Assembly: GCF_009914755.1 (NCBI RefSeq)
Contig: NC_060927.1
DNA: 64,000 nt
Strand: one strand, 5' to 3'
Source: the human T2T-CHM13v2.0 reference genome, Homo sapiens
Below, piece by piece: positions 20,566 through 38,077 of the stretch. Positions within the stretch are counted from its first letter, which is position 1, and every line of letters starts with the position of its first letter. Below the pieces are notes generated by a model. It made no database searches. It saw only the letters and a program-made list of their open reading frames with translations, and was not told the DNA's origin. The position numbers and the translations under genes are program-made.

Positions 20566-21079
20566 TGAGGGAAGAGAGAGACCCTCTCATATTGGGAAGA
20601 GAGAGACCCTCTCATATTGTTTTATATTGTATTATACTCAGTACTTGTTTTTTTTTTAAAAAAAAAAAAACAAGGAAGTAAAACCAAAGACCAGCAGCCC
20701 GGCGCCACGCCCGAAACCAGGCCTGGGCCTGCCAGGCCTCAACCCAGTAGTTAAAAATCAACTCATAACTTAGAAACTGATGTTATTCATAGATTCCACA
20801 CATTGTATAGAAGAACATTGTGAAACTCCTTGCCCTGTTCTGTTTCTTTCTGAATACCAGTGCATGAAACCCCTGTTACGTATCCCCTAGACTGCTCAGT
20901 CAACCACGATCCTTTCGTACGAAAACTTTAGTGTCGTGAGCCCTTAAAAAGGACAGAAACTGTGCATTTGGGGAGCTTGGATTTTGAGATAGTAGCTCAC
21001 TGATACTCCCAGCTGAATAAAGCCCTTCCTTCTACAACTCGGTGTCTGAGAAGTTTTGTCTGCAGCTCATCCTGCTACA
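20566..21079 (+). mobile_element. ERV1 solo LTR (LTR15/LTR6-like) inserted in the right arm of an Alu
   Basis: TG...CA ends, 4-bp TSD ACAC (20562-20565 / 21080-21083), internal AATAAA; the Alu resumes exactly after the TSD. Subfamily from memory. Confidence 0.85.
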
Positions 21080-21280
21080 ACACCATTGCACTCCAGCCTG
21101 GGTGATAGAGCAAGACTCAGTCTCAAAAAAAAAAAAAAATTCTTCAAGGTCTGAGCAAACCCCTCCAAATAAAATTTACACATACTTCTGCCAGTTACCT
21201 GGGAGACATACCAATTGTGGATCACTTTAAATTTAATCTTTGGCTTTTTAAAAAATATGTAAGTAGTAGAATTATGCTAG

Positions 21281-21614
<334 letters not shown>

Positions 21615-23172
21615 TAGTCTTGAACTCCTGACCTCAAGTGATCCACCCCTCTTGGCCTCCCAAAGTGCTGTGATTACAGGTGTGAGCCACCACACCTGGC
21701 CTATGCAAAGAATTTTAGATCTTACTTCTCACCCTGCTGGGAACAACAGATTCCTATCCCCCAGAGCCCATAATCCATGCTCTAGACTCCAGGGGGAACA
21801 GCAGGCATCACTATGGAAAACTTTGGGTCTAGTGCTTTTCTTAATCCTCTAGAATATGTTTGACATTTCTGTCCTACAAAGGATTCCCTGATTTTAATCA
21901 ACTTAGTTATGAATTTTAAAAGTTTTTAAAATATAATATTTAGAATTTTAAGGAAGATGTGCCATACTCGAAGTGGTTTTTTTTTTCAGTTTAATATTGC
22001 TAAAAACAGAAGAAAAAAAGCCCCCAAATAACAATAATTGATGTACATTCAAAAACATCATCTGATTTTTTTTAACTTTACATAAATTATCAAGAGTGAT
22101 TTCCCATGGAAATTTCAGAAGTTATATGGAAAAATAAAATTTTACCCAAATTAGGCCAGGCACAGTGGCTGACACCTATAAACCTAGCACTTTGGGAGGC
22201 CAAGGCGGGAAGATCACTTGAGCCCAGGAGTTTGAGCCTAGCCTGCACAACATAGTGAAACCCTATTTCTACAAAAAATTTAAAAATCAGCCAGGAGTGG
22301 TGGCCCATGCCTGTAGCCCCAGCTACTAGGGAGGTTGAGGAGAGAGGATTGCTTGAACCCAGGAGATTGAGGCTGCAGTGAGTTGTGATGGCACCACTGC
22401 AATCCCCCGAGTGACCCGGTTTCAAAAATAAAAATAAAAACAAAAACAAAAATTACTCAAACTACATTTGTGAATTGACTAAAACAGAATTATCTACCCA
22501 GACTGAAAACTCTGTTTCTCATGTGATGTGAGTGGAAGTGATTTACAAAAAGGCAAAGAAAGAAAGGAGCTGGAAAATAAACAACGAACGTGGAATAAGG
22601 GTAGTACTGATTAGGTCTGAGGTACTCAGAACAAAGGAGATGCTAATTAAGGAGATTTTGTGTTTGAAATCCAGTGACTCTCAGCTAAAACAAGTCCAGT
22701 GGTACACATTAGAATCCCTAGGGAGCTTTTAAAATATTATAATACCCCTGGAGATTCTGAGTTAATTGATCTGGGATGGAGTGCAGGCACTGACATGTCT
22801 TAAAAGCTCCCCAGGTATTCTGACATGCTGGAATTGAAAACTACCAGTGCGGCCGGGGGCGATGGCTCACACCTGTAATCCCAGCACTTTGGGAGGCCGA
22901 GGCGGGCGGATCACGTGAGGTTGTCGAGAGTTCGAGACCAGCCTGACCAACATGGAGAAACCCTGTCTCTACTAAAAAAAAAGAAAAGAAGAAAAGAAAG
23001 GCCGGGCATGGTGTCTCATGCCTGTAACCCCAGCACTTTGGGAGGCCGAGGCGGGTGGATCACGAGGTCAGGAGATCAAGACCATCCTGGCTAACACAGT
23101 GAAACCCTGTCTCTACTAAAAATACAAAAAAAATTAGCCAGGCCTGGTGGCGCGCACCTGTAATACCAGCTA

Positions 23173-23280
<108 letters not shown>

Positions 23281-23668
23281 TCAAAAAAAAAGAAAAGAAA
23301 AGAAAACCACCAGTGCACACAAGGGATGAGGCTGACTTGAATTCAGGTGGCTTCAGTGAGAAAGTTTTAATAAGAGGCTTAAATTAACAAGGAACTCTGA
23401 CAAAGACCTATTTTTCCACAATGCCTCAAAGAACTAGTTGAAATAGCTTACTTGTAGATGCAGATGAAAGCACAACTGAAATAACTTCAAAAGTCTAAGT
23501 TAAAACATCAGAAAGCCAACTTGAAGGTAGTAAAACTAAAGAATGAATCCCAATAAAAAGACTAAATTACTTGAACATGTAAGAACACAAACCCATAACT
23601 TCCAGATTCATACATAGTCCTGTCTTAGTTTGGCTGCTATAGTAAAATTCCTTTGACTGCATAATTTA

Positions 23669-23884
<216 letters not shown>

Positions 23885-26816
23885 TCACTTGAACTCAGGA
23901 GGCAGAGGTTGCAGTGGGGAAAATCGCACCACTGCACTCCAGCGTGGGTGACACAGTGAGACTCCATCTTAAAAAAAAAAAAAAATATGTTTTCTGTCTT
24001 GTCTCTCTTGCTTGGCTGACCTTCCTTTGTCCCTGGACTAGAGAAAACTAGGATTTTCTTGTGACTTCTTGTTGTTGTTGTTGTTGTTTTGTTTTGTTTT
24101 GGTTTTGGTTTTGGTTTGTGTTCATTGGCATTTCCAGGTTGCTGGCCTCTCCAGTGTCCCGTTTAGAATATATAAAACAAAAAAACAAAACCCAAGCAAT
24201 TCACAAAAGTTTAGTTTTTTGGTTCCGCAGGTCCTTGCCTGGTCTGCCTTCAGAATCTTCATATGTTTGTTTACATATAATGGTCAGGGCTTTTAGTTCC
24301 ACTTCTCAGGAGGAACGGGGGAAAGCATATCTACTTCATCGTCCCAGAAGCAGAATTCCCACCTTTTAGTCTTTTAACCATCTTTTTACAAACAGACATT
24401 TACAGTTTATGATACTGCCCTTCCCAGATCCCTTTTACTGGTTGTTTGACCCGACCCCTGGCTGCCGTGTTGGTTGATAACTCACAGCTGCCCCCTCCTC
24501 GGAGGAATATCTCAGGGACAAACAGAAGCTGTCTTTGTGTGGCCTATGCACCACCATCTACACTTTCGGCCAGGGCCTGACTGCTATCAATGCTGCAGAT
24601 TCGTGCTACAGAGCTTCCTCCTGAAATGAGACTGAAGCTAGTCTGCAGCTGAGACCATGTTCTTGATACTTATGGTGCTGAATTTATCCATCTTTTCTCT
24701 TATGGTTAATGCTATTTATGCATTTGTTATCTACCATCCCTCCTCCAACTTCCCTGCTACCTTTTCCCCTTTGACCATCTCTGGTTCTCCTCTTTTACTC
24801 CTTCCATTTTTCTAAATGTGTTTCTGTGATATCAAGGTGGACAAAGCTAATCTCAACTCACTTCAGCTCTCTAAGCTTCGATTATCTCATCAGCAAAGTG
24901 GGAGTAATGTACCAACCTCGCACACTCCATAAGATCATGCACTTGCAGGCACTTGCACAGGGTTTGCAACACAATGAGAGAGAATAGACAGAAGCAATTT
25001 GTATCGTAATTCCATTGCCTCAGACTCTTTTATGTTACCTACTCTATTTTATACTTTAATTTGTAAAAGAAATATATTATTTTCTCTGTGTAAAATTCAC
25101 AGCAAAGGTGGGCATCTTCTGCTTTCCTTTGGTACCTCAGCCCTTCCATCTTATTGTGCTCCTCCCCTGTTGCTCAGACCAGAACACATCTCACTCCTCC
25201 CAACTATCTTCTGCCATTCTCACTGTTCTCTGCCACACCCTGTGCTCCCTCTTGCCAGTAGCTTTCTGTCCCTGTCCTGGTCTTCTGTAGAAAAATGCTC
25301 AAGTTCTCCTGTCCACAGCATTCTTAGAGACCCAGTCTAAATCAGAGAAATTGGAGGGAGAGTTGAGTGGGACATGCAGAGAATAATGAAAGCTCCTCTT
25401 CTTGTCTCTATATTAAAAAAAAAAAAAAATTAAGGCTGAGAGCAGTGACTTAGCACTTTGGGAGGCTGAGGCAGGTGGATCACTTGAGTTCAGGAGTTCA
25501 AGACCAGCCTGGCCAACATGGTGAAACTCCATCTCTACTAAAAATACAAAAATTAACTGGCCATGGTTGCTGCGCGCCTGTAGCCCCAGCTACTCAAGAG
25601 GCTGAGGCACAAGAATCGATTGAACCCAGGCGACAGAGGTTGCAGTGAACCCAGATGGCGACATTGCACTCCAGTTTGGGCGACAGAGCAAGACTCTGTC
25701 AAAAAAAAAAAAAAAAAAAACCGCCAAGAGTGGTGGCTCACGCCTGTAATCCTAGCACTTTGGGAGGCTGAGGTGGGTGGATCACAAGATCAGGAGTTCA
25801 AGAACAGCCTGTCAAGATGGTGAAACCCTGTCTCTACTAAAAATACAAAAAAAAAAAAAAAATTGCCGGGTGTGGTGGTGGGTGCCTGTGATCCCAGCTA
25901 CTCAGTAGGCAGAGGCAGGAGAATCACTTGAATCCAGGAGGTGGAGGTTGCAGTGAGCCACAGCACTCCAGCCTGGGCAACAGAGCGAGACTCCATCTCA
26001 AAAAAAAAAAAAGAAATGAGTTAGAAGATGAGGGGACAGTTGGAGCTAAGCGAATTAGCAATTAATTTCAAAAAGCAAAATTGTTCATATTGATATTTAA
26101 GAGAAAAAGTGGCTTGCAAAATTTAATAGGAAGCATGATACAAATATTTTGGAAAAATATAAACACATAGACACACTCAATAGAAATAAGTAGATTATAC
26201 CAGGCACAGTGACTCATGCCTATAATCCCAGCACTTCAGGAGGCCAAGGCAGGCAGATACCTGTGGTCAGGAGTTTGAGATTAGCTTGGCTAACATGGTG
26301 AAACCCCATCTCTACCAAAAAATACAGAAATGAGCTGGGCGTGGTGGTGTATGCCTGTGATCTCAGCTACTCGGGAGGCTGAGACAAGAGAATCGCTTGA
26401 AGCCAGGGGGCAGAGGTTGCAGTGAGCCGAGATCACGCCACTGCACTCCAGCCAAGCCAAGATCGTGCCACTGCACTCCAGCCTGGCCAATAGAGAAAGA
26501 CTCCATCTAAAAAACAAACAAACAAACAAAACAAGGCCGGATGCGGTGGCTCACGCCTGTAATCCCAGCACTTTGGGAGGCTGAGGTGGGTGGATCGCTA
26601 AGGGTCAGGAGTTCCAGACGAGCCTGACCAACATGGCGAAACCCCATCTCTACTAAAAATACAAAAATTTGCTGGGCATGGTGGCACATGCCTGTAATTC
26701 CAGCTACTCGGGAGACTGAGGCAGAAGAATCTCTTGAACCCTGGGGTGGAGGTTGCAGTGAGCGGAGATCTTGCCACTTCACTCCAGCCTGGGCAAAAGA
26801 GTGAATGAAACTCCAT

Positions 26817-26954
26817 GAAAGAAAGAAAGAAGAGAGAGAGAGAGAGAGAGACAGAAAGAAAGACAGACAGACAGACAGACAGACAGAAAGAAAGAAATAA
26901 AGAAAAGAAAGAAAGAAAAAAGAAGGAAAGAAAGAAAGATGAAAGAAGGAAGGA

Positions 26955-26998
<44 letters not shown>

Positions 26999-27070
26999 GA
27001 AAAGAAAAGAAAGAAAGAAAGAAAAAGAGGAAGGAAGGGAGGGAGGGAGGGAAGGAAGGACGGAAAGGGA
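26817..27070 (+). repeat. Compound polypurine STR (GAAA/GA/GACA/GGAA) grown from an Alu tail
   Basis: Direct reading. Confidence 0.95.
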
Positions 27071-27474
27071 GACCTGAGACTGAGTAATTTATAAAAGAAA
27101 GAAGTTTAATTGGCTCACAGTTCTGCAGGCTTTACAAGAAGCATAGTGCTAGCATCTACTCAACTTCTAGGGAGGCCTCAGAAAGCTTATAATCATAGTA
27201 GAAGGCAAAGGGGGAGCAAGCACTTCACATGGAGAAAGGAGCAAACAAGAGAGAGAGTGCATGGGTGGTGGGTGGGGGTGTGACACACTTTTAAACGATC
27301 AGGTCTTGTATAAACTCAGAGTCTGGGAGCTCACTTATCACCAAGAGGATGGCCCAAGCCATTCATGAAGTATCCGCCCCCATGATCCAAACCTCCCACC
27401 AGACCCCACCTCCAACACTGGGGATTACAATTCAACATGAGGTCTGGGTGGGGACAAATATCCAAACTGTATCA
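27070..27474 (-). mobile_element. MaLR LTR (MSTB-like)
   Basis: GTTTAATTGGCTCACAGTTCTGCAGGC...GGGGATTACAATTCAACATGAG...ATCCAAACTGTATCA. Confidence 0.8.
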
Positions 27475-27869
27475 CTGCTCAAATATATTGTCTCTCTCTT
27501 CCAGATTTCTTTTTTTTTTTTTTTTGAGACGGAGTCTTGCTGTCGCCCAGGCTGGAGTGCAGCTGCACGATCTCGGCTCACTGCAGGCTCCGCCCCCTGG
27601 GGTTCACGCCATTCTCCTGCCTCAGCCTCCCGAGTAGCTGGGACTACAGGCGACCGCCACCTCGCCCGGCTAATTTTTTGTATTTTTAGTAGAGACGGGG
27701 TTTCACCGTGTTAGCCAGGATGTTCTCAATCTCCTGACCTCATGATCCGCCAGCCTCGGCCTCCCAAAGTGCTGGGATTACAGGCGTGAGCCACCGCGCC
27801 TGGCCCAGATTTCTAATTAGAAATACATTAGACTTTCCTACTCTATTATCCCCACCCATTTCCTAATTT

Positions 27870-27909
27870 CTTTCTCTCTCTCTCTCTCTCTCTCCCTCCC
27901 TCCCTCCCT

Positions 27910-27949
<40 letters not shown>

Positions 27950-27960
27950 TCTTTTTTTTT
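27870..27960 (+). repeat. (CT)n/(CCCT)n polypyrimidine STR
   Basis: Direct reading. Confidence 0.95.
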
Positions 27961-28773
27961 GAGACAGAGTCCTGCTCTGTTGCCCAGGCTAGAGTGCAGT
28001 GGTGTTATCTTGGCTCAGTGCAACCTCTGACTCCTGGGTTCAAGCAATTATCTTACCTCAGCCTCCCCAGTAGCTGGGATTACAGGTACCCACCACCACG
28101 CCCAGCTAATTTTTTTTTGTATTTTTTAGTAGAGACGGGGTTTCACCATGTTGGCCAGGCTGGCCTCGATCTCCTGACCTCAGGTGATTTCCCTATCTTG
28201 GTCTCCCAAAGTGCTGAGATTACAGGCGTGAGCCACCTTGCCTGGCCCCATTACTTAATTTCTTCCTCCTTGGGAAAAGGATATTCCCAGCAGCCGGGAT
28301 CTTGGCATTTCCTCTTCCCATGAACTATCTTGTGCCCTTTAAGAAAAACTTTCAGGAGACTGTTTGGACTTATGGGTTTCTGCTCACTTAGTTATGGAAG
28401 ATCAACTTTAAACATTGATTTTAGGGTTTTCCTAAAATATTTTGTCACAATCAAAATTGTAGTTGATCAAGGCCCACCCATTTCTTTTACAAATGAGAAA
28501 GAAAAAAAGAAAAAGATTACATTAATTCATGCAATTATTCCACAGATATTCTGCTTTAAAAGTTATCTTCTCAGTGAGGCCTTCCTTGACCACCCTTTCT
28601 AAATATCCCCCATTGGCTCAGCTCTCTTTTCTCTTCTTCTGCTTTATATTCTTCATAACACTTATAAGTCTCTGTAATGTATTATTTGTTTACATTTTTA
28701 ACTTTTTTTTTTTTTTGAGACAGAATCTTTCTCTGTCACCCAGGCTGGAGTAAAGTAGCATAGTCTCTGCTAA

Positions 28774-28902
<129 letters not shown>

Positions 28903-29514
28903 TGACCTAGCTGGTCTTGAACTCCTGGCCTCAAGCAGTCCACCTGCCTGGGCCTTCCAAAGTGCTGGGATTACAGGCATGAGCCACCACACCTGGCCGT
29001 TTGCATTTATTTACATTTTTATAGACTTCCTCACCAGAAAGTAAGTTCCATGAAGGCAGGAACTTTGCCTTCTATGTCTTATCTCCAGCACTTAGTACAA
29101 TGTATGACACATAGCAGACACTCACAGACATTTGGAATGAGTGAGTGACCACTATGTCAGACACATTGCTGGGCTCTGGGATACAGTGATGAATGAATGG
29201 GACCCAGTCTCCCCTTTTGTGAATCTCAATTTCAAACCATCTGACTACGTTTTCTAAAGTTTTTCACTTTTGTTCTTTGACTTGGAAAAAGAGAGGTTTA
29301 GTTTGAGGAAGGCTTTACTGAGTGTGCTATGTTCCCTGAGACATAAATATTAACCGCTCATATTAGAGACAAGAGTTGTGAGCATTTGAGAATGACTCCT
29401 AAACTTTGACTCTCTTGGAGTTTGATATCTGTGCCCTGATTTCCTTAGTCTGATTTGTCCTTTTTCTTCCTCCTGGAATGAGAGAGGGAATAGCTATGAA
29501 AACCTTGAAGAAGA

Positions 29515-29685
29515 CTTTTTTTTTTTTTTTTTTGAGACAAAGCCTCGCTGTGTTCTCCAGGCTGGACTGCAGTGGATTTTCACAGGCACAATCAGCACAC
29601 TGTAGCCTGTAATGCCCAGGCTCCAGTGATCTTCCTGCCTCATCCTCTCAAGTAGCTGGACTACAGGCATGCACCACCACACCCT
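29515..29685 (-). mobile_element. FAM (fossil Alu monomer)
   Basis: Monomer retaining the 7SL-derived GTGCAGTGG.T.TTCACAGGC.C.ATC segment, with poly(T) tail. Confidence 0.65.
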
Positions 29686-29729
29686 TGAAAGAGGCTTTCA
29701 CCAATGAAGGAAGAATGAGGCAAAGGTCA

Positions 29730-30107
<378 letters not shown>

Positions 30108-30399
30108 TTAGGAGGTCAAGGCTGCAGTGAGCTATGATCATGCCACTACACTGCAGCCTGGGCAACAGAGTGAGACCCTGTCTCCAAAAAATAAATATAA
30201 AAAAGATTCCAGTCATGTGCTTTCTTTTTCTGTCTAATCTTGTCTCCATCTTTGTCAACTCTGCCTCTGTCTCTTTTCCAGATGTTTTTAAAAATCTCTT
30301 TCTTGGGCCGGGCGCGGTGGCTCACGCCTGTAATCCCAGGACTTCCGGAGGCTGAGGCGGATGGATCACGAGGTCAGGAGATTGAGACCATCCTGGCTA

Positions 30400-30681
<282 letters not shown>

Positions 30682-30715
30682 TCACGAGGTCAGGAGATCA
30701 AGACCATCCTGGCTA

Positions 30716-31104
<389 letters not shown>

Positions 31105-31334
31105 CTATCTCTGAATCTCATTGAATTTTTTCCTTCTTTCACACTTCTAATTTTTGTGACTCATCTCTATATATAGAGTGGGGGTTGTGTACAAAGTCTT
31201 TGGAGTCAGATAAGTCTTGAATTAGAACCCGGCTCTGCCACCTCCTGAGTCTAACCTTGGGCACACTGTCATATCCATATAAGCCCCACTTTTCTTACTG
31301 ATAAGAACATAATCTGGCCGGGCGCGGTGGCTCA

Positions 31335-31632
<298 letters not shown>

Positions 31633-31639
31633 TCACCAA

Positions 31640-32720
31640 AATGTATGTGGGGATTTCTCCCCAGCAGCAACCAATTCTGCAGCAGATTCTCCAGTGGGCA
31701 CCAGCTAAGTGTCCTCTAATTGAGTTCAATTCCGACACTACCTGCCTGGAAATAGCATCTGATCCAGCAGGTCAAGAGCTCAGTCCCACAAGGCTGTCCC
31801 CACTTCAGATGCCTGTTGCAAGCACAGGTTATGGTCTATGCTTTGACCCACTGGCTATAAATTTGGGTTCCCACAACCCCGTCTTTGGGTATAATTAATT
31901 TGCTTGAGTGGCTCACAGAACTCAGAGAAACATGGTTTTGTTTTGTTTTTGAGACAGGGTTCATTCTGTTGCCTAGTCTGGAGTGCAGTGGTGCAATCCT
32001 AGCTCACTGCAGCCTGGACCTCCTGGGCTCAAGGGATCCTCCCACCTCAGCTCCTGAGTAACTGGCACTGCAGGCATGTGCCACCTTGCCCAGCTAATTT
32101 TTTTTATTTTTTTGTAGAGATGGAGTCTCACTATGTTATCCAGACTGGGCTCAAACCTCTGGCTTCAAGTGATCCTCCCACCTCGGTCTGTCAAAGTGTT
32201 GGGATTACAGGCATGCACCACTGCACCTGGTAAACACTTTACTTATGTTTACTGGTTTATTAATAAAGGATATAATAAAAGATACTGAAGAGCCAGATGA
32301 AGGGATACCTATGGCAAGGTTTGTGGGAAGGGGTGCAGAGCTTCCATGCCTGCTCTGGGCTCACCACCCTTCAGGAACTTCATCATGTTCAGCTATCCAG
32401 ACACTCTTCTAAACCCTGTCCTCTTGGGTTTTTATGGAGGTTTCATTATGTAAGCATGATTGACTGGATTATTGGCCATTAGTGACCATCTTAACCTTTA
32501 GCCTTCTGTCGTCTCCTTGAAGATTGGAGGGTGGGGCTGAAAGCCCCAATCCTCTAATCATGCCTTGGTCTTTCTGGTGACCAGCCCCACACTGAAGCTA
32601 CCTAGGGCTGCCAGCTACCAGTCATTGTGTTGACATACAAAACACACGATTATCACTCCAGAGATTCTGACTTTGCGGAGCTCTGTGCCAGGAAATATAC
32701 ATGTGCATATACATTTTACT
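31640..32720. mobile_element. MER21-family LTR interrupted by an antisense AluJ-like element (about 31940-32230)
   Basis: Characteristic GACACTACCTGCCTGGAAATAGCATCTGATCC...CAGTCCCACAAG and later GGGGCTGAAAG..CCAATCCTCTAATCATG segments. Confidence 0.65.
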
Positions 32721-32786
32721 GTAAATCACAGTATTACAGATGATTTAATGTTCTGATTGCTCCAGTGATATTAATCGCTTTAACCT

Positions 32787-33247
32787 TGTGAAAGTAATCA
32801 GAACTAAAATGGTGTCATTAATGTTAAAAACAAAAACAAAAATCCTGACGAAAAGAGCTGGGGAAGGCCATGAATAGAAGGTCCTCATGCTTATATGCCT
32901 GATAACAAAAACTATCACAAAAGATTCTGCCAAAAATACAACCTTGCACAGTGGCCATCGCGATCTTACACAAAAGATACTTCTGGAAGGACATCTGCCT
33001 AGCAACTGCCTGTCCAACCTCAGACTGGCATCATCCTTGTTATTGATTTTTGTAGCCGGGGATAATTGTTTCAAAATAATTATGTAATTCTCTTCGTTTC
33101 TTCCTTTAAACATCTTTGTCTTCCTCTACCTCCCTGAATATGCCCATAATTTATTATGGCATGTGTATTCCCTTTGCAATGCTCTATTCCCAGATTTATA
33201 TCTTTTCCTTTTAGAGGGCCTCTTTCCATTTGTTACTTGGGTTGACA
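32787..33247 (+). mobile_element. Solo LTR (LTR47-like)
   Basis: TGTGAAAG...GGTTGACA with 4-bp TSD ACCT on both sides; subfamily from memory. Confidence 0.75.
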
Positions 33248-34734
33248 ACCTCAGAACCACCCCAAAAGGTTAGGTAACATGCCCAGGGTTGGCCGGGCGT
33301 GGTGGCTCACGCCTGTAATCCCAGCACTTTGGGATTCCGAGACAGGCGGATCACGAGGTCAGGAGATTGAGACCATCCTGGCTAACATGGTGAAACCCCA
33401 TCTCTACTAAAAATGCAAAACATTAGCCGGGCGCGGTGGCGGGCGCTAGTCCCAGCTACTCGGGAGGGTAAGGCAGGAGAATGGCGTGAAGCCAGGAGGC
33501 GGAGCTTGCAGTGAGCCGAGATTGTGCTACTGCACTCCAGCCTGGGAGACAGAGCGAGACTCTGTCTGAAAAAAAAAAAAAAAAATGCCCAAGGCCACAC
33601 ATCTAGTAAATAGTGGAGCCTAGATGCATATATTCTGGCTCCAGGGCCCATTCTCACTGTTTTCTACATTTTCTCACTCTCCTTATCCTTCCTTTTCTGT
33701 CCTTCTCCTCATCTTGCAGATACTTTTACTTCTGGGGAAACTGCCAAAGTTTTATTTACATCTTTGCCTTCTTTTAGCTCTTCACGTTTGAACAAGGACA
33801 CTGGCAGGCAGGAGTTAGGGAGGAGTCTTAGGCCCTGCCAAGCTCAGAGGAGGGCGAGCTGGAGAAGAAGCAACCTGGGGATAAGGAAGAATGAGCCAAT
33901 CAGACTTTCAGAAACAAGACCAGCTCCTGGAATAAGGGTCTTGTCCCAAGGGCACTAGTCTTTTAGGATGAATAAATGGGTTTACTGGAATGAAGACACA
34001 ATATCCCCAACAACCATAATCTATGCCACATAGCTGCACAGGATCTTCCCTCAGGGTGGGAGTGGAGATTAAGGGCAGGCCCCTAAGGCTCCTTCCAGAC
34101 AATTTCCCTCCCTTTCAACACAAGCCATGGGCTTCTACCTCTGCTGACAGTTCTCTCCTGGCTCATTGCTGAAGCTGGGAATCTTTGCTGTCTTCTGGGG
34201 TGCTCTCACCTAGGACATTCTCTCCCCTTTGTGCTACAGGGCACTCCTACAGTCTTACCTCTTCACACACTGGCTTCTATCTGCAAGAAAGGAATCTGCA
34301 TTTCCCACTAGTTAGGAAAACAGAAGGGTAGAGAAAAGAAAGGAGGAGCTGCCTGAGGGCAAAGCTGGGCTTGTCCCTACCCTAGGTCCACTCAAGGTAA
34401 AGCTCAGCACATAAACAGGCTGAAAATGGGGAAGAGATGCAGAAAGAGTTCAGCAAATCTGATTTATTTTAAATTTTCATTTTTTTCTCATTAAAAAATA
34501 ATTAAATAGAGACAGGGTCTGGCTATGTTGCACAGGCTAGTCTCAAATTACTGGGCTCAAGTGATTCTCCTGCCTCGGACTCCCAAAGTGTTGGGATTAT
34601 AGGCGTGAGCCACTGCGCGCAGTCTTTTTCTCATTCTTATAAAAAAAAATGACAATAATGAACTATGCGTCTGTTCAAGGGAATCCCAATCCCTTAAGAA
34701 CCCCTGTTAATAGTTTGCTTCCTTCTCTCTTTAA

Positions 34735-34935
<201 letters not shown>

Positions 34936-35019
34936 TAGCTAATTTTTATATTTTTAGTAGAGACGGAGTTTCAACATGTTGGCCAGGCTTCTCTGGAACT
35001 CCTGACTTCAAGTGATTCA

Positions 35020-35436
<417 letters not shown>

Positions 35437-35448
35437 TCATGCCTATAA

Positions 35449-35770
<322 letters not shown>

Positions 35771-36082
35771 TGAGCCACCGTGCCCAGCCTGGGAGTATCT
35801 CTTGAAGCCAAGCCTAAGCAACATAGGGAAATCCCATCTCTACAAAATAATAATAATAATAATAATAATAATAGGTGTGGTGTCATGCATCTGTAGTCCC
35901 AGCTACTCAAGAGGCTTACTTGAGGATTACTTGAGCACTGGAGTTTGAGGCTGCAGTGAGCTATGATCACACCAGCAGTGTCTTCAGGGGAGACCTGTCT
36001 CTTAAAAAAAAAAAAAAGGAGTGAGATACTGCTGAAAAGAATAAGATAGAGATTTTGAGACAGATATTGGGTTAAATTGTGA

Positions 36083-36408
<326 letters not shown>

Positions 36409-36424
36409 TGATCTGCCCGCCTCA

Positions 36425-36739
<315 letters not shown>

Positions 36740-37639
36740 TCACGCTATTGCACTCCAGCCTGGGCAACAAGAGTGAATCTTCTTTCTTTGGTAGGATGCA
36801 GATCAACAGCTTTCATGTTTTGTTTCTAGATCTGATACATTAGTCTAAGACTTGTGCCCTCTGGGCCAGCTGGCAGAGCAGCAGGAAGGATCAAGGGTCA
36901 GAGCCCCCTCCCTGGTCCAGAGAAGTGTAGGCTAGCAAGCTGATAGTACTACCAAAGTGGGAAGCAAGAGACAACTGTGTTATAGTCATAATTGGAGACC
37001 CCTTCCACTCTGCTTAGTCCCAGAATAGTGCTTGTTACCAGTAGGTGCTCAATTAATAAGTCATCAATGAATGAATAAATTTAAAAAACAAATAAACAGA
37101 TGAATAAGTAAGACCAGTCATTTTGAGGGAGATGGTGGCAGGGCTGAGTGGGCACAGTACTACAGAAAAAACAAAATTTAACGTCAAGAAAAAGTATCAG
37201 CCACAGTGATAAAAGATACATATCAGACTCTGGCATTATGGCTAAACAAGCTGCAGCTCTGAAAGTTCAGGAGAGGCTGGGCATGGTGGCTCACGCCTGT
37301 AATTCCAACACTTTGGGAGGCCAAGATGGGAGGATCACTTGAGGTCAGGAGTTTGAGACCAGCCTGACCAATATGCTGAAACCCTGTCTCTACTAAAAAT
37401 ACTAAAATTAGCTGGGCACGGTGGCGGGCGCCTGTATGCCTCCCAGCTATTCGGGAGGCTGAGACACTCTGGACAAAGCGCACATCTTTTAAAAGCAACT
37501 AGAGGCCAGGCACAGTGGCTCATGCCTATAATCTCAGCACTTTAGGAGGCCGTGGCAGGCGGATCACGAGATCAGTAGTTTGAGGCCAGCCTGGCCAACA
37601 TGGTAAAACCCCGTCTCTACTAAAAAAATACAAAAAATA

Positions 37640-37640
37640 C

Positions 37641-37673
<33 letters not shown>

Positions 37674-37775
37674 TATATATGTGTGTATATATATATGTAT
37701 TTTTTGTATTTTGTGTATATATATATACACACACATATATATATATATGTGTATATATATGTGTGTATATATATA
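37640..37775. repeat. (TA)n/(CA)n/(TG)n compound array inside an Alu A-rich linker
   Basis: Direct reading. Confidence 0.95.
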
Positions 37776-37812
37776 GCTGGGACATGGTGGCTAGCGCCTG
37801 TAATCTCAGCTA

Positions 37813-38077
<265 letters not shown>

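Noticed and set aside
26425-26484. 30-bp tandem duplication in an Alu right arm
   Set aside because: Ordinary slippage event in intergenic DNA with no functional implication.
26815-27087. Lys/Arg/Glu-rich 90-aa ORF (similarly 55965-56307)
   Set aside because: Translation of polypurine microsatellites.
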